A stretch of DNA of 64,000 bases. Source: Sedimenticola hydrogenitrophicus (lineage in GTDB: Bacteria; Pseudomonadota; Gammaproteobacteria; Chromatiales; Chromatiaceae). This document shows, one piece after another, positions 49,428 to 59,171 of the stretch. The notes beneath the pieces are model-generated. The model ran no database searches and was not told the origin of the DNA. It worked only from the letters and a program-made list of their open reading frames with translations. The translations under genes and the position numbers were made by a program. The DNA lies in assembly GCF_025175675.1 (NCBI RefSeq), contig NZ_JANIOA010000011.1, positions 51,864-115,863 of the forward strand, in the 5' to 3' direction. Position 1 is the stretch's first letter; each line of letters opens with the position of its first letter.

Positions 49428-50155
49428 TCGGAGCAATCCAGCTCCGGGTAGTGGCGGAAGATCCCATCCTCGTTGAACGGCAGGCGCCGGGGGGAGGCCA
49501 GGTAAGCGGCGATGTTCGGCCTTTGTTTCACCCGATCATGCAGCGCCACCAGGCCGGGAAGCGACGGCTCCAACTGCTCCATCAACTGCGGAAAGGCGTA
49601 GCGCAGGCCTGCGACCACCTGGAACAAGGACAGATCGACATAGCTCAGGCGACGAGCCACGCCGTAACCCCGGCCGCCGGAATTGGTCTGCAGCACCTGC
49701 TCGAAATAACCCAGCAGCTCCGGTGCCCGCTCCCCGGTGAAAAACCCGGCTCGGCGTCGCGCCTCATCCCGCTGCTCAGCGTAGTAGAGGCTGCCGCCCA
49801 CCGGGTGATGGGTGTCATGCACATCCACCACCAGGTCCTCCACGGTCAACTGCAACTGGTGCGCCCACAACCGGGCGCTCTCCGATTCCGGCGCCAGGCC
49901 CAGGCGGGGGCCGAGAAAGTGCAGGATGTTGGCGGTCTGGGCGATCACTTGGTGACCGGCGCGCAGGAAGGGCGGGGCGAAGGGCGGTCGCGTCAGCTCT
50001 CTACCCGACATCAGGCGCTGCATCGCCGCGACACCCCTGCCGCGTCCCCGCTCGCGGGCCACGTCGATGTACTCCGCGCTCGCCTCCTCCAGGGCGAGGC
50101 GCACGAATTCACCCCGCCCCTGGATCGAAGGCCAATAGAACAGTTCGTAACGCAT
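49424..50155 (-). CDS. glutathione S-transferase family protein
   Basis: Thioredoxin-like N-terminus (LFYWPSIQGRGEFVRLAL) and a helical GST C-terminus. Confidence 0.75.
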   Translation of the reverse strand: MRYELFYWPSIQGRGEFVRLALEEASAEYIDVARERGRGRGVAAMQRLMSGRELTRPPFAPPFLRAGHQVIAQTANILHFLGPRLGLAPESESARLWAHQLQLTVEDLVVDVHDTHHPVGGSLYYAEQRDEARRRAGFFTGERAPELLGYFEQVLQTNSGGRGYGVARRLSYVDLSLFQVVAGLRYAFPQLMEQLEPSLPGLVALHDRVKQRPNIAAYLASPRRLPFNEDGIFRHYPELDCSD

Positions 50156-50225
50156 GGATCCCTCCTGTGCATGACTTGGAACGGGCGAGAGGCCGACACC
50201 TTCAGCTTAGTCGTGTATCGGACGG

Positions 50226-50290
50226 GAGGTTGGTAGGGTGGGTACGCTTTTTGTGCCCACGCTGTTATGGCGTGGTATGCATTCCCACGC
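50226..50290. repeat. family A hairpin repeat (GGTAGGGTGGGTACGCTTTTTGTGCCCAC...)
   Basis: Matches the copies at 35667-35755 and 40160-40250. Confidence 0.7.
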
Positions 50291-50460
50291 GGAGAGACTG
50301 TGAAAGTATTCAGGCTGATCAACGCGGCAAAAAAATTGACCGCCTGAGAAGCCCGTAGAGAGGCGATCGCCATCTCGGGAAGGGTTTGGGTACCCCCCTT
50401 TTCGCGTCATTTGGCAATTCTTTCACAGTCTCGGAGCGTGGGAACGAGGAAGGGTTCACT

Positions 50461-50976
50461 TTACGGATACAGCTGCACGATGCCGCTCCTGCCTTCGAAA
50501 TCCCCCACAATCCAAATCTGCTCAAAGACGTGGTCACAGGGCACATCGATATGGTGCTGCAGTGTTTCAATCTCCCGCGCGGTCCAGGCCGGGTGGGCAT
50601 TGCGGATCACCAGCCAGACCTGCCGGGTCTTGTAGCGCTTGGTGGCCTTGTTGCTCAGGATGCGGTTCAGCGCCTTGAGCAGCCGCTGGTGGGGGTCGCT
50701 CTCCCGCTCCAGCCGACGCAGTTCGTGCCGCGTCTCGCCGCTCAGGTTACGACCCAGAATCTTCATCGCCTCCTGCTCAGTACCGTAGAGGTGGGCGATC
50801 TCCAGGTCCAGCCGCTCACCCTCCAGCCTGCAGGAGACATCCGGCTTGCTCGGCCGGTTGTGCCAGATATGGCGGATCTTCCTGCCCGTATCGTGCTCGT
50901 ACCAGCGCATGAACAGCTTGGCCGCCTGGTGCTCCAGCTGGATTTTTTCATGATCACTCGACTGGTTGGGCGGCAT
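50461..50976 (-). CDS. hypothetical protein (171 aa), no recognisable domain
   Basis: Clean ORF with a GC-rich codon pattern. It lies between the GST and MarC genes. Confidence 0.45.
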   Translation of the reverse strand: MPPNQSSDHEKIQLEHQAAKLFMRWYEHDTGRKIRHIWHNRPSKPDVSCRLEGERLDLEIAHLYGTEQEAMKILGRNLSGETRHELRRLERESDPHQRLLKALNRILSNKATKRYKTRQVWLVIRNAHPAWTAREIETLQHHIDVPCDHVFEQIWIVGDFEGRSGIVQLYP

Positions 50977-50985
50977 GGGCGACGA

Positions 50986-51837
50986 CTACAGGCTCTGGAC
51001 GAAAACCCTGATCCCGTTCAACAGCATCTGGGTGGCCAGTATCACCAGGATCATCCCCATCAGCCGTTCCAAAGCGCGCGCCCCCCGGTTACCGATCACC
51101 GACAGCAGGTAGGGCGAGATCAGCAAAAGGAGTGTGGTTGCAAACCAGGCGATCAGCAGCGCCAGGCTCCACTCCAGCATCCGCCCCGGCTGGTTGGAAC
51201 TGAGCAGCAGCAACACCGCGATGGTGGAGGGCCCGGCGATCATCGGCACCGCCAGGGGGACGATGAAGGGATCGTCGTCCTCCTCACCCTGCTCGACGGC
51301 GCGGCCGGGAAAGATCATGCGTAGCGAGATAAGGAACAACAGCACACCGCCGGCGATACTCAGCGACGGCTGGCTGAGCCCGAGAAAACCGAGTATGAAG
51401 TTACCGGCAAACAGAAAGCCCAGCAGGATGATCAGCGCAATTACCAGCTCCCGCGCCACCACCCGCACCCGGCGCCCTCGATCCAGCTTTGCCAGGACCG
51501 CATTGAACACCGGCCCATTGCCCAGCGGGTCCATAATCAGAAACAGGGTCACAGCGGCGGAAGCGATATCGGTCCAGTTCAAGTTTTTCCCCAATCGTAA
51601 AGCCAGGATTGTCCATGGCTGACAGACGCCGGTCCATGCGTCGATCGGCATTCCGGGCCCATTGAAGTCGTTGCCTTTATACCGCAGGCGCAGGGATTTC
51701 ACCAACCACCGGAAAATGCCCCTCTTGATAGCGCCTGGCCGTGCCCGATGGCCCAACTTATTCGCAGGCCGGCAAAACCGCTCCCGCACATCCCTGTGCT
51801 TCGTGGCATAAGTCCTTCCTTGGACGTAACTACTCAC
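50986..51837 (-). CDS. MarC-family (UPF0056) integral membrane protein; the true start is probably internal (near LFLIMDPLGN)
   Basis: LIMDPxGNxPxF signature and a 6-TM pattern. Confidence 0.65.
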   Translation of the reverse strand: MSSYVQGRTYATKHRDVRERFCRPANKLGHRARPGAIKRGIFRWLVKSLRLRYKGNDFNGPGMPIDAWTGVCQPWTILALRLGKNLNWTDIASAAVTLFLIMDPLGNGPVFNAVLAKLDRGRRVRVVARELVIALIILLGFLFAGNFILGFLGLSQPSLSIAGGVLLFLISLRMIFPGRAVEQGEEDDDPFIVPLAVPMIAGPSTIAVLLLLSSNQPGRMLEWSLALLIAWFATTLLLLISPYLLSVIGNRGARALERLMGMILVILATQMLLNGIRVFVQSL

Positions 51838-51857
51838 GGGGTGATTGTCCTGCCTTG
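51822..51857. repeat. solo copy of the family E MITE terminal repeat
   Basis: ggacgtaactactcacggggtgattgtcctgccttg. Confidence 0.6.
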
Positions 51858-51892
51858 CCGGGATAAAAAAAGCCCGTCGGGATGACGGGCAA
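51858..51892 (-). terminator. minus-strand rho-independent terminator downstream of nhaC
   Basis: The minus strand reads gcccgtcatcccgacgggcttttttt. Confidence 0.5.
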
Positions 51893-52018
51893 TGGGAGGT
51901 TTGCTATACAGGTCGGCCGGATTGGCCGGCATTTATGGCCTCACGGCTTTTCTTTGTACCGAGGTGAAACAAAACATTGGGTCATGATTAATGCAACTAT
52001 TGGGTAAACCTATCAGCC

Positions 52019-53539
52019 TTAGCCCGGGTTAGGGGCCAGCTTACCGGGAACCGGCTCGTCCACATCCAGATTGGTTGCTACGGCCTCGCCCTGTTCCTTC
52101 CAGGTACGCTGCTCTTCCTCACTGGCACGTGGCGAAAACAATCCCGTCTGGGCGTAGATCAGGCCAATGACCGGGGATACCCAACAGGCAAATGCCAGTG
52201 GGATATACAACAGGTTTTCGATATTTCCCTCCGCCACTCCCAGTCCCAATGCACTAATCACGAATGCACCACCCGCGTTCCACGGAATCAGCGGGGAAAT
52301 CAGCGTACCGCCCTCCTCAATGGCACGTGACAGGTTCAGGGTCGAGTACTTCATTCCACGATAGATGGGGGCATACATGCGACCGGGCAGGGCAATCGAC
52401 AGGTAGGGATCACCGGCGACCAGGTTGGTGGATATGGATGTACATACGGCGGCTGTCTGCACCCCTTTGAAGGTGCGAATTTTCGTCATGATGGCGCGAA
52501 TAATCGCTTCCAGGCAGCCCGTCCTTTCCAGCGCACCACCGAAACCCAGCGCGATAAGCACCAGGGAGATGGTCCACATCATCGATTGAATACCGCCGCG
52601 GTTGAGCAGGCTGTCGATGGTGGCGATCCCGGTCTCAATGGAATAACCGCTGTTGGCGAAAGTGAGCAGCTCATGCAGACCGCTGCCCTGTGCCAGCATG
52701 GCGGCAACCGCGCCTGCCAATACGCCGGCGAACAACGACGGAATGGGGGGCATGCGTTTCACCGCCAGCACAATCACCAGGGCAGCCGGCAGCAGCAGCC
52801 AGGCGGAGATGGTGAAGTTCGCTTGCAATGATGCCGTAATGGCATTGATTTTTTCGAACGAAGCGTTTCCGCCATCAATCAGGGTGAAGCCGGCGATAAG
52901 ATAAATGGTGAACGCAATCAGCATGGCCGGTATGGTGGTCGGCATCATGTTCTTGATGTGTGAAAACACATCCGTCCCGGTGACCGCCGGGGCCAGGTTG
53001 GTGGTGTCCGACAGGGGGGAAACCTTGTCACCAAAGAAGGCGCCCGAGACCACGGCTCCGGCTGTCCAGTAAACCGGAATGTCAAAGCCTGCCCCGATAC
53101 CCATCAGCGCCAGCCCCACGGTTCCCACGGTCCCCCAGGAAGTACCCAGCGACACCGAGACCACCGAGCAGAGTATCATGGCGGCTGCCAGGAATATCTG
53201 TGGCGACAAAAGTATCAACCCGTAGTAGATCAAAGTGGGCACGGTGCCGCTGGCAATCCAGACACCAATGATCATACCAACGCAAATCAATACGGACACC
53301 GAGGGGAGCGATACGTGAATCACGTGAAACACACCCTCTTCAATGTGTTTCCACTTAAACCCCAACCTGATGCCGACCAGTCCGGTAATGGCCAGGCCGA
53401 TGGCCAGGGGAATGTGGGGAGTGAAATCCCCGAAATAGAACAGCTGCACTCCCAAAACGATCAGGGTTAAAACGACGGGAGTGAGTGCCAGGAGCAGGCT
53501 GGGTTGCCTGGGGTCTCTCATCTGGGTTGGTTCTGCCAT
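52019..53539 (-). CDS. nhaC: Na+/H+ antiporter NhaC family
   Basis: Polytopic membrane protein with NhaC-family sequence. The start was chosen at MAEPTQMRD. It has a C-terminal hydrophilic tail. Confidence 0.85.
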   Translation of the reverse strand: MAEPTQMRDPRQPSLLLALTPVVLTLIVLGVQLFYFGDFTPHIPLAIGLAITGLVGIRLGFKWKHIEEGVFHVIHVSLPSVSVLICVGMIIGVWIASGTVPTLIYYGLILLSPQIFLAAAMILCSVVSVSLGTSWGTVGTVGLALMGIGAGFDIPVYWTAGAVVSGAFFGDKVSPLSDTTNLAPAVTGTDVFSHIKNMMPTTIPAMLIAFTIYLIAGFTLIDGGNASFEKINAITASLQANFTISAWLLLPAALVIVLAVKRMPPIPSLFAGVLAGAVAAMLAQGSGLHELLTFANSGYSIETGIATIDSLLNRGGIQSMMWTISLVLIALGFGGALERTGCLEAIIRAIMTKIRTFKGVQTAAVCTSISTNLVAGDPYLSIALPGRMYAPIYRGMKYSTLNLSRAIEEGGTLISPLIPWNAGGAFVISALGLGVAEGNIENLLYIPLAFACWVSPVIGLIYAQTGLFSPRASEEEQRTWKEQGEAVATNLDVDEPVPGKLAPNPG

Positions 53540-53895
53540 AGTGATCTCCTTTGATGGATGTTCGTGCAGGGCCGACCCCTCGGTATATCGAGAGGCCTGT
53601 CGCGAAAAAGTGCCCTGGTTCAGTCCGAACTCCGCTGCGTCGGTGAAAACCGGTTTCAACCTTTTACGCGTACTGCCTACGCCCACGTCTGTTGCCAGAT
53701 ATCGCAAAACCGCAAAGAAGGCCGGGAGTCGTTCTGACTGCGAATCGAGATCCTGTTGCGCTATCTGATCGGTTCTTATTCGTCAGGCCTTCTTGTCTAC
53801 ATTATTAGACTTTTTACCTAGGAATAGGCTCTAAATAATGATTATTTGCCTACCTTATGGCCTATTTATTCCAATTAAATAGGCAATAAGCCTAA

Positions 53896-54669
53896 ATGAT
53901 TGATCGCATCGACAAACTGATTCCGCATCAGCTTCAGGAACATGGACATATGTCCATAGTTGAATTGGCGAACAGAGTGAACCCGACCAAAACGCCTTGT
54001 GCCCAGCGTGTATGCCGGCTTGAGAAGGCCGGCATTATTCGCGGCTACCGCGCCGACCTCGACTCGCAACAGCTGGGGGCGGGGCATGTGCTGGTGGTGC
54101 AGGTGACGCTGGACAAGACCAGCGAGGACGCGCTGGAACGCTTTAACGAGGCGATACGGCGCATTCCGGAAGTGCAGAGCGGCTACATGGTGGCGGGGAA
54201 TTTTGACTATTTACTAAAGGTCAGGACCCGCGATATCGCCCACTATCGCAGCGTACTGGGTCATGAAATCGGTCAGCTGCCCCATGTCCACCAGACCCAC
54301 TCCTACGTGGCGATGGTGGTGGTGAAGGACGAAGTGACCGTGCCCATAGAGGTGAAGGGGATTACCTGGCGCGGAACAAGGATTTACCGAGCATTTGGTA
54401 ATGTTCCTCAAAACAGCCGGCAAGGCCCAACGCTCCCGCTGATTGATTATGCAAAACCGATAGTGAACTGTTTTTTGAACTCTTCGATCTCATGCAGGAA
54501 ATCGTGGCCGGGATGTTGCGGCAGTGTATCCAGACGCTCATCCACGTCCACCTGTAGTTCCCACGGTTCGACATGCTGGTTGATAAACAGTAGTTCGGTA
54601 TCGGGGAATACCTGCGTTACACCCTCGGTGATGTCATGGATCGTGAGGTTGCGGGCCACCAGGTCATAG
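53896..54669 (+). CDS. lrp: Lrp/AsnC-family transcriptional regulator. The Lrp fold ends near 54366. The ORF then reads on about 100 codons because the expected TGA is TGG here, and it overlaps the convergent epimerase gene.
   Basis: An HTH_AsnC N-terminus (IDRIDKLIPHQLQEHGHMSIVELANRV) and a RAM domain. The degraded duplicate fragment at 57791-57920 carries TGA at the homologous position. Confidence 0.8.
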   Translation: MIDRIDKLIPHQLQEHGHMSIVELANRVNPTKTPCAQRVCRLEKAGIIRGYRADLDSQQLGAGHVLVVQVTLDKTSEDALERFNEAIRRIPEVQSGYMVAGNFDYLLKVRTRDIAHYRSVLGHEIGQLPHVHQTHSYVAMVVVKDEVTVPIEVKGITWRGTRIYRAFGNVPQNSRQGPTLPLIDYAKPIVNCFLNSSISCRKSWPGCCGSVSRRSSTSTCSSHGSTCWLINSSSVSGNTCVTPSVMSWIVRLRATRS

Positions 54670-55373
54670 ATATCCGGTTGCAGGTCGGCATCCAGCAACC
54701 CGTCCAGTACCCTTGTCGCATCTTCCACATGGATATAGGCCCGTGCCTGGTTACCCGACCCGTTCACCGTAATCCGTTGTCCGGACGCCGCTTCCATCAT
54801 GTAGCGGTTAATACGCGCATCAAAGCGCATGCTCTTGCTGTAGCCGTAGACATTGGCGATGCGTACCGTGTAGGCAGCCATTTTCTCCCGTAAACGGTCA
54901 ACATGCTCTTCACCGCGCAGTTTGGAGATGCCGTAATAGGTCGTCGGGTGCGGTGGGGTTTGATGATTCACCATAGCGCTTGAGGTACCGTACACCGCCG
55001 AACTGCTGGTGTAGATCAAGCGCGACACGCTACTCTCTTCTACCGCGTACACCAACTCCGAGGTGCCCCAGTGATTGACCTGCTCCAACAAGTGGGGGTT
55101 GTGGTCTGAAAACGGCTTGGTCACGCTGGCCGCGAGGTGGTAGACGACGTCGATCCCTTCGAGGGATTGTCGCAGCTTGCGGGTATCGAGCAGATCGCCG
55201 TGGATGAAACGGACCTTGCCCAGCGGAAACTTCCTTACCCCGATAAACAGGTTGTAGTTGCTGCGACTGAGGTTGTCGTAAATCACCACCTCGGCGATAT
55301 CGTCGCGACTGGCCAACTGATAAGCGAGTTCGGTCCCCAGGTAACCTGCACCGCCGGTTAATAGTACTTTCAT
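54447..55373 (-). CDS. NAD-dependent epimerase/dehydratase family protein
   Basis: MKVLLTGGAGYLG Rossmann motif plus the SDR YxxxK region. Confidence 0.8.
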   Translation of the reverse strand: MKVLLTGGAGYLGTELAYQLASRDDIAEVVIYDNLSRSNYNLFIGVRKFPLGKVRFIHGDLLDTRKLRQSLEGIDVVYHLAASVTKPFSDHNPHLLEQVNHWGTSELVYAVEESSVSRLIYTSSSAVYGTSSAMVNHQTPPHPTTYYGISKLRGEEHVDRLREKMAAYTVRIANVYGYSKSMRFDARINRYMMEAASGQRITVNGSGNQARAYIHVEDATRVLDGLLDADLQPDIYDLVARNLTIHDITEGVTQVFPDTELLFINQHVEPWELQVDVDERLDTLPQHPGHDFLHEIEEFKKQFTIGFA

Positions 55374-55376
55374 CGG

Positions 55377-56054
55377 TTACTTCTCTATCAGTTGGGTGTG
55401 TAATCCACACTCGGTTTTTTTCATGCCAAACCAGCGTCCCTGGCGCTCATCCCCGTCCGGGTCCACTTTACGGGTACAGGGCTCGCAACCAATGCTCAGA
55501 TAGCCCTGCGCTTCCAGGGGATGAGCCGGCAGATCGTGCAGTTTCCGGTAGTAGAAGATATCCTTGTTGTTCCACTCCAGCATCGGGTGGTAACGCAAGG
55601 TGCCAAACGGCCCCTTCGCGGTCTCTCCCATCTGTCGTCGCGTTTCACTCTGGTCGGCGCGAACGCCGTTGATCCAGATATCGCGCTCGATCAAAACGGG
55701 CTCCAGCGGTTGAATCTTGTTCAGGTAGCAGCAGTGGTCCGGATCGGAGGCAAAATAGAACGAGCCATTGGCATCGCATTGCAAACGCTTGCTCACCAGC
55801 GAGCGGGTGCTGATGACATTCAGGTCCAGTTGTTGGGCAATCTGATCTTTAAATCGGATGGTGTCGGGAAAATGAAACCCGGTATCGATGAAGTAAACCG
55901 GAATTTCCCGGGAGATGGAACGGACGATATGCAATAACGGAATACTGTGGCTTTGGAAGGAGGAGCCGACAAACAGCTTTTTTCCTTCGCCAAGAAAGTC
56001 GCCAATCCGTTGCCGGATCGGCGCCGTCTTTTGCTCAAAATACGTCGCGTCCAC
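55377..56054 (-). CDS. cysH: phosphoadenosine phosphosulfate (PAPS) reductase, thioredoxin-dependent type
   Basis: PAPS_reduct fold. C-terminal ECGLH catalytic motif. The Fe-S CC..CxxC cluster of the APS-reductase type is absent. Confidence 0.8.
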   Translation of the reverse strand: MDATYFEQKTAPIRQRIGDFLGEGKKLFVGSSFQSHSIPLLHIVRSISREIPVYFIDTGFHFPDTIRFKDQIAQQLDLNVISTRSLVSKRLQCDANGSFYFASDPDHCCYLNKIQPLEPVLIERDIWINGVRADQSETRRQMGETAKGPFGTLRYHPMLEWNNKDIFYYRKLHDLPAHPLEAQGYLSIGCEPCTRKVDPDGDERQGRWFGMKKTECGLHTQLIEK

Positions 56055-56062
56055 GGGGCATC

Positions 56063-56707
56063 CTAGGCGACCGCAGCCGGTCCCTTGTAGGTTTCAACTA
56101 CGCCACGCTGGGCCAGCAGTTCGATCACCTGGTCGACACACTTTTCCAGACTCTGCTCACCGGTATCGACTACCAGTTCAGGAGACTGCGGCGCTTCGTA
56201 GGGAGAAGAGATTCCGGTGAAGTGAGGAATCTCGCCGGCACGCGCCTTGGCATACAGCCCTTTCACATCGCGCTTTTCGCAAACATCCAATGAGGCGTCG
56301 CAGAATATTTCATAGAAATCACCATGCGGGGTGACGTTTCTGGCGATTTCCCGGTCGGCCTGGAACGGTGAGATGAATGCGGTCAATACCACGCTGCCGC
56401 TCTCCAGAAACAACTTCGCCAGTTCGCCGATACGCCGGATATTCTCGGTACGATCTGCATCGGAGAAACCGAGATCGGAGCAGAGGCCGTGGCGAACGTT
56501 GTCACCGTCCAGCACGAAGGTACGGCTGCCCATATGGTAGAGTCGATCTTCAACCGCATGGGCCAGTGTCGATTTACCGGAACCGGACAGGCCGGTGAAC
56601 CAGAGCACGGCCCCTTTGTGCCCATTCTGCTTTTCCCGCAGTTCCCGGGTGATGGTCGCATTGTGCCAAACGATATTGGTGCTCTTGCCCGCTTTTTTGT
56701 CGCTCAT
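56063..56707 (-). CDS. cysC: adenylyl-sulfate kinase
   Basis: [10 protein letters not shown]-loop, [11 protein letters not shown] and an APS kinase-type C-terminus. Confidence 0.9.
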   Translation of the reverse strand: MSDKKAGKSTNIVWHNATITRELREKQNGHKGAVLWFTGLSGSGKSTLAHAVEDRLYHMGSRTFVLDGDNVRHGLCSDLGFSDADRTENIRRIGELAKLFLESGSVVLTAFISPFQADREIARNVTPHGDFYEIFCDASLDVCEKRDVKGLYAKARAGEIPHFTGISSPYEAPQSPELVVDTGEQSLEKCVDQVIELLAQRGVVETYKGPAAVA

Positions 56708-56997
56708 GTCATTAACTCAGCTAATCTATGCATATGGAATAATTATGTTTGGCATGATGCCAGCGACAGGGCCCGTTGAAAAAGTATTTCTGGTTATCAG
56801 CTCATACCGATACTGAATAAGCCTAAAAAGAGAGGGGTGTCGGCAGGCAGGGCCGCCGCCAGCCACCCGATAGAAAGGGTTAAGATGGATTAATATCGCA
56901 TTTAGACAAGGCAGTTCGGATTAAAATTCGGCTCTGGGTTCGGGTTTCTTCCAGCTGAGAATGCATCATCAAGGCGTTATTTGAGTAATATTACTTA

Positions 56998-57573
56998 ATG
57001 AAGCCGGGGCCGGACTTCTTCCTGATCACCGGCCATGCGATCCGGCACAAGCTGTCCGGCACTGTCTATATTTGCATAGGGATCGCGGCAGGCAATGCCG
57101 TCTATATCGGTATTGCCATTCTGGGCTGGACCGGGATTCGGGACAATCCACGGCTTTTCTCCCTCATCGAGGTCGTTGGCGCCTGTTATCTGTTATGGGT
57201 AGGCTGGCAACTGATCAGAAGCAAACAGGCACCGACTATGCCCGCGACAACAGTGCTTCACTCCCCTTCGGCGTTCAAACAGTTGCTACTCGGAGTTAAC
57301 TCGGCGCTGCTGAACCCCAAAAATGCCCTGTTCTATATGAGTCTGATGACCGTTATTTTGGGAAGCGAGGTGACCGTTTCTCAGCAACTTGTATGTGGCC
57401 TCTGGATGTTCATGGCTGTGTTGGTCTGGGATCTATCGCTGGCTGCCCTGGTAGGGCAACCCGGAATTCAGCGCTGGCTGAACCGTAGGATTCATCTCGT
57501 CGAGCGCGGTGCCGGAGCGGTATTGATGAGCTTTGGCCTCGGCCTGTTTATTGGAAGCAGTGGCAAGTCTTAG
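56998..57573 (+). CDS. LysE/RhtB-family amino-acid exporter
   Basis: 191 aa, 6 TM, LysE-family pattern. Confidence 0.75.
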   Translation: MKPGPDFFLITGHAIRHKLSGTVYICIGIAAGNAVYIGIAILGWTGIRDNPRLFSLIEVVGACYLLWVGWQLIRSKQAPTMPATTVLHSPSAFKQLLLGVNSALLNPKNALFYMSLMTVILGSEVTVSQQLVCGLWMFMAVLVWDLSLAALVGQPGIQRWLNRRIHLVERGAGAVLMSFGLGLFIGSSGKS

Positions 57574-57606
57574 TAATCATGTGGTCAGAGTCATTGATTT
57601 TGCAAT

Positions 57607-57769
57607 GTACCACTGCCCGCCCCGAGTGCCCGCTGCATCAGCACCGTGTCGACCCACCGGCCAAGCTTGAAGCCAACGGCCTCGAGCGTGCCCACGCTAC
57701 GGAAACCGAGCCGCGCGTGCAGGGCGATGGAACCGGCATTGCCGCTGTCCCCGATCACCGCCACCATCT
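57607..57769 (-). pseudogene. duplicated 3'-terminal fragment (about 163 bp, about 95% identical) of the GNAT acetyltransferase gene at 60816-61400
   Basis: Direct alignment of 57607-57769 with 60856-61018 shows about 8 mismatches. Confidence 0.85.
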
Positions 57770-57790
57770 AAGGTCAGACTCCATGAGTTT

Positions 57791-57920
57791 GCCCACTATC
57801 GTAGTGTGCAGGGTCATGAAATCAGTCAGTTGCCCCATGTTCACCAGACACACACCTATATGGCAAGGGAGGTGGTGAGACGAAGTGACCGTGCCCATTG
57901 AGGTGCCGGGAATTACCTGA
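57791..57920 (+). pseudogene. degraded duplicate of the lrp 3' end (about 80% identical to 54238-54368, with a 2-nt deletion and TGA stop)
   Basis: Alignment gcccactatcg..gtcatgaaatc..ccccatgt..gaagtgaccgtgccca..attacctg. Confidence 0.8.
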
Positions 57921-58067
57921 CGAGACGGCCATCCTCGCCAGCTGGCGTTATCAATAATGACGAGGAACTTGTAGCTAAACAAAAAATAATGGGAGGGGAG
58001 TGTTCGTGCTATTCAATGGGATAGGCGTATTGTCGCTCAGTGAATGAATCAGGGATGACTTGCCGTT

Positions 58068-59171
58068 TCAATGATGGGATTCGACAGCGACACACGGCTT
58101 CTCGTATGTTGCGGCCAGCATTACCTTGGCCACAAACGGGGAGGTCATTGCACGGACCAGCGCACTGTAGTTCAGTCCGAATCTGATCTCGGCACCTACT
58201 TGGGGATGGTTGCTATCGGACTGGGTGATCAGATGGTCGCCGCTGGCGCCCAGTATCCGGGTGCCGTTTGGCGCCTTGAGACCCGACGGATCGACGTCCT
58301 GGTGGCCGATGGCGAGAATCGCCCGCGAGATGTCCCCTCGACAGGCAACGACGCTTGCCGCTCCGAACGCGGTTTGCGCGATCGTGCCCCATGGGCGCGC
58401 CGGCTTGAGCTTTGCCTCGATCACCTCGCCAACCAGCGTAATCGCATCGAGGTGCAGGCCCTCGATCGGTCGCCGGTGGAGCGGCTCACAACCGAGCAGA
58501 ATGGCCTCACCGAGACGGAGGTTGTTGATTCTCCCGATCTCTACGCCACTCAATGCCCAATCCAGGTTGGCCGAGTTTCCACCCGACACCAGATCAAGAC
58601 TCACACCGAAGGTGGCCTCGACCGAATCCGCCAGCGCGGACAGCGCGGACATGTTGTCCGCATCGGGTGAGATACCGCCATGGCATGCCAGGTTGGCACC
58701 GATACCGCTGAGTACGATGTTCGGCAGTTGCAGCACCGCATGCACTATGTCGTTGAGGTCAGCGGGCATGATACCTTCGCGGAGGTCACCAAGCTCAACC
58801 ATGAGCACGACCTGGTGCGTCCGCTGCGCTGCCCGGGCAGCGCACGAAAGCCTGTTGATCACCGCCAGCTCGGTATTGAAGCTCAGGTCGGCTTGTCGCA
58901 CGACCCGGTCGGCCTGGCTGAGCATCGGAGAGCGGATCAATATCATGGGTGCCGCAACGTGCTCGCCACGCATCGCCTCGATATTCTCGATACGCGAATC
59001 GCCAAGCGCGCTCACGCCGGCGCGCAGCAACACCTTGGCGATATCGGCTGACCCGAGACTCGCTTTCGTCACGCCCGTGACCGAGATGCCACGCTCGACC
59101 AGTCTCTCAACCAGGGTACGGGCGTTGTGATGAATCTTATCGAGATCTATTTCCAGTCGCGGTGCCGTCAC
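58068..59171 (-). CDS. alanine-racemase-fold (PLP, TIM-barrel) putative amino-acid racemase (YhfX/ornithine-racemase-like)
   Basis: A vague family resemblance to the alanine-racemase N-terminal fold, recalled from the general character of the sequence; no motif could be pointed to, and it is not a classical Alr. Confidence 0.6.
   Translation of the reverse strand: MTAPRLEIDLDKIHHNARTLVERLVERGISVTGVTKASLGSADIAKVLLRAGVSALGDSRIENIEAMRGEHVAAPMILIRSPMLSQADRVVRQADLSFNTELAVINRLSCAARAAQRTHQVVLMVELGDLREGIMPADLNDIVHAVLQLPNIVLSGIGANLACHGGISPDADNMSALSALADSVEATFGVSLDLVSGGNSANLDWALSGVEIGRINNLRLGEAILLGCEPLHRRPIEGLHLDAITLVGEVIEAKLKPARPWGTIAQTAFGAASVVACRGDISRAILAIGHQDVDPSGLKAPNGTRILGASGDHLITQSDSNHPQVGAEIRFGLNYSALVRAMTSPFVAKVMLAATYEKPCVAVESHH

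Noticed and set aside
48773-50236. 487-aa plus-strand ORF spanning the NnrU and GST loci
   Set aside because: It overlaps two better-supported genes on both strands, has Arg/Gly/Pro-rich composition and no domain.
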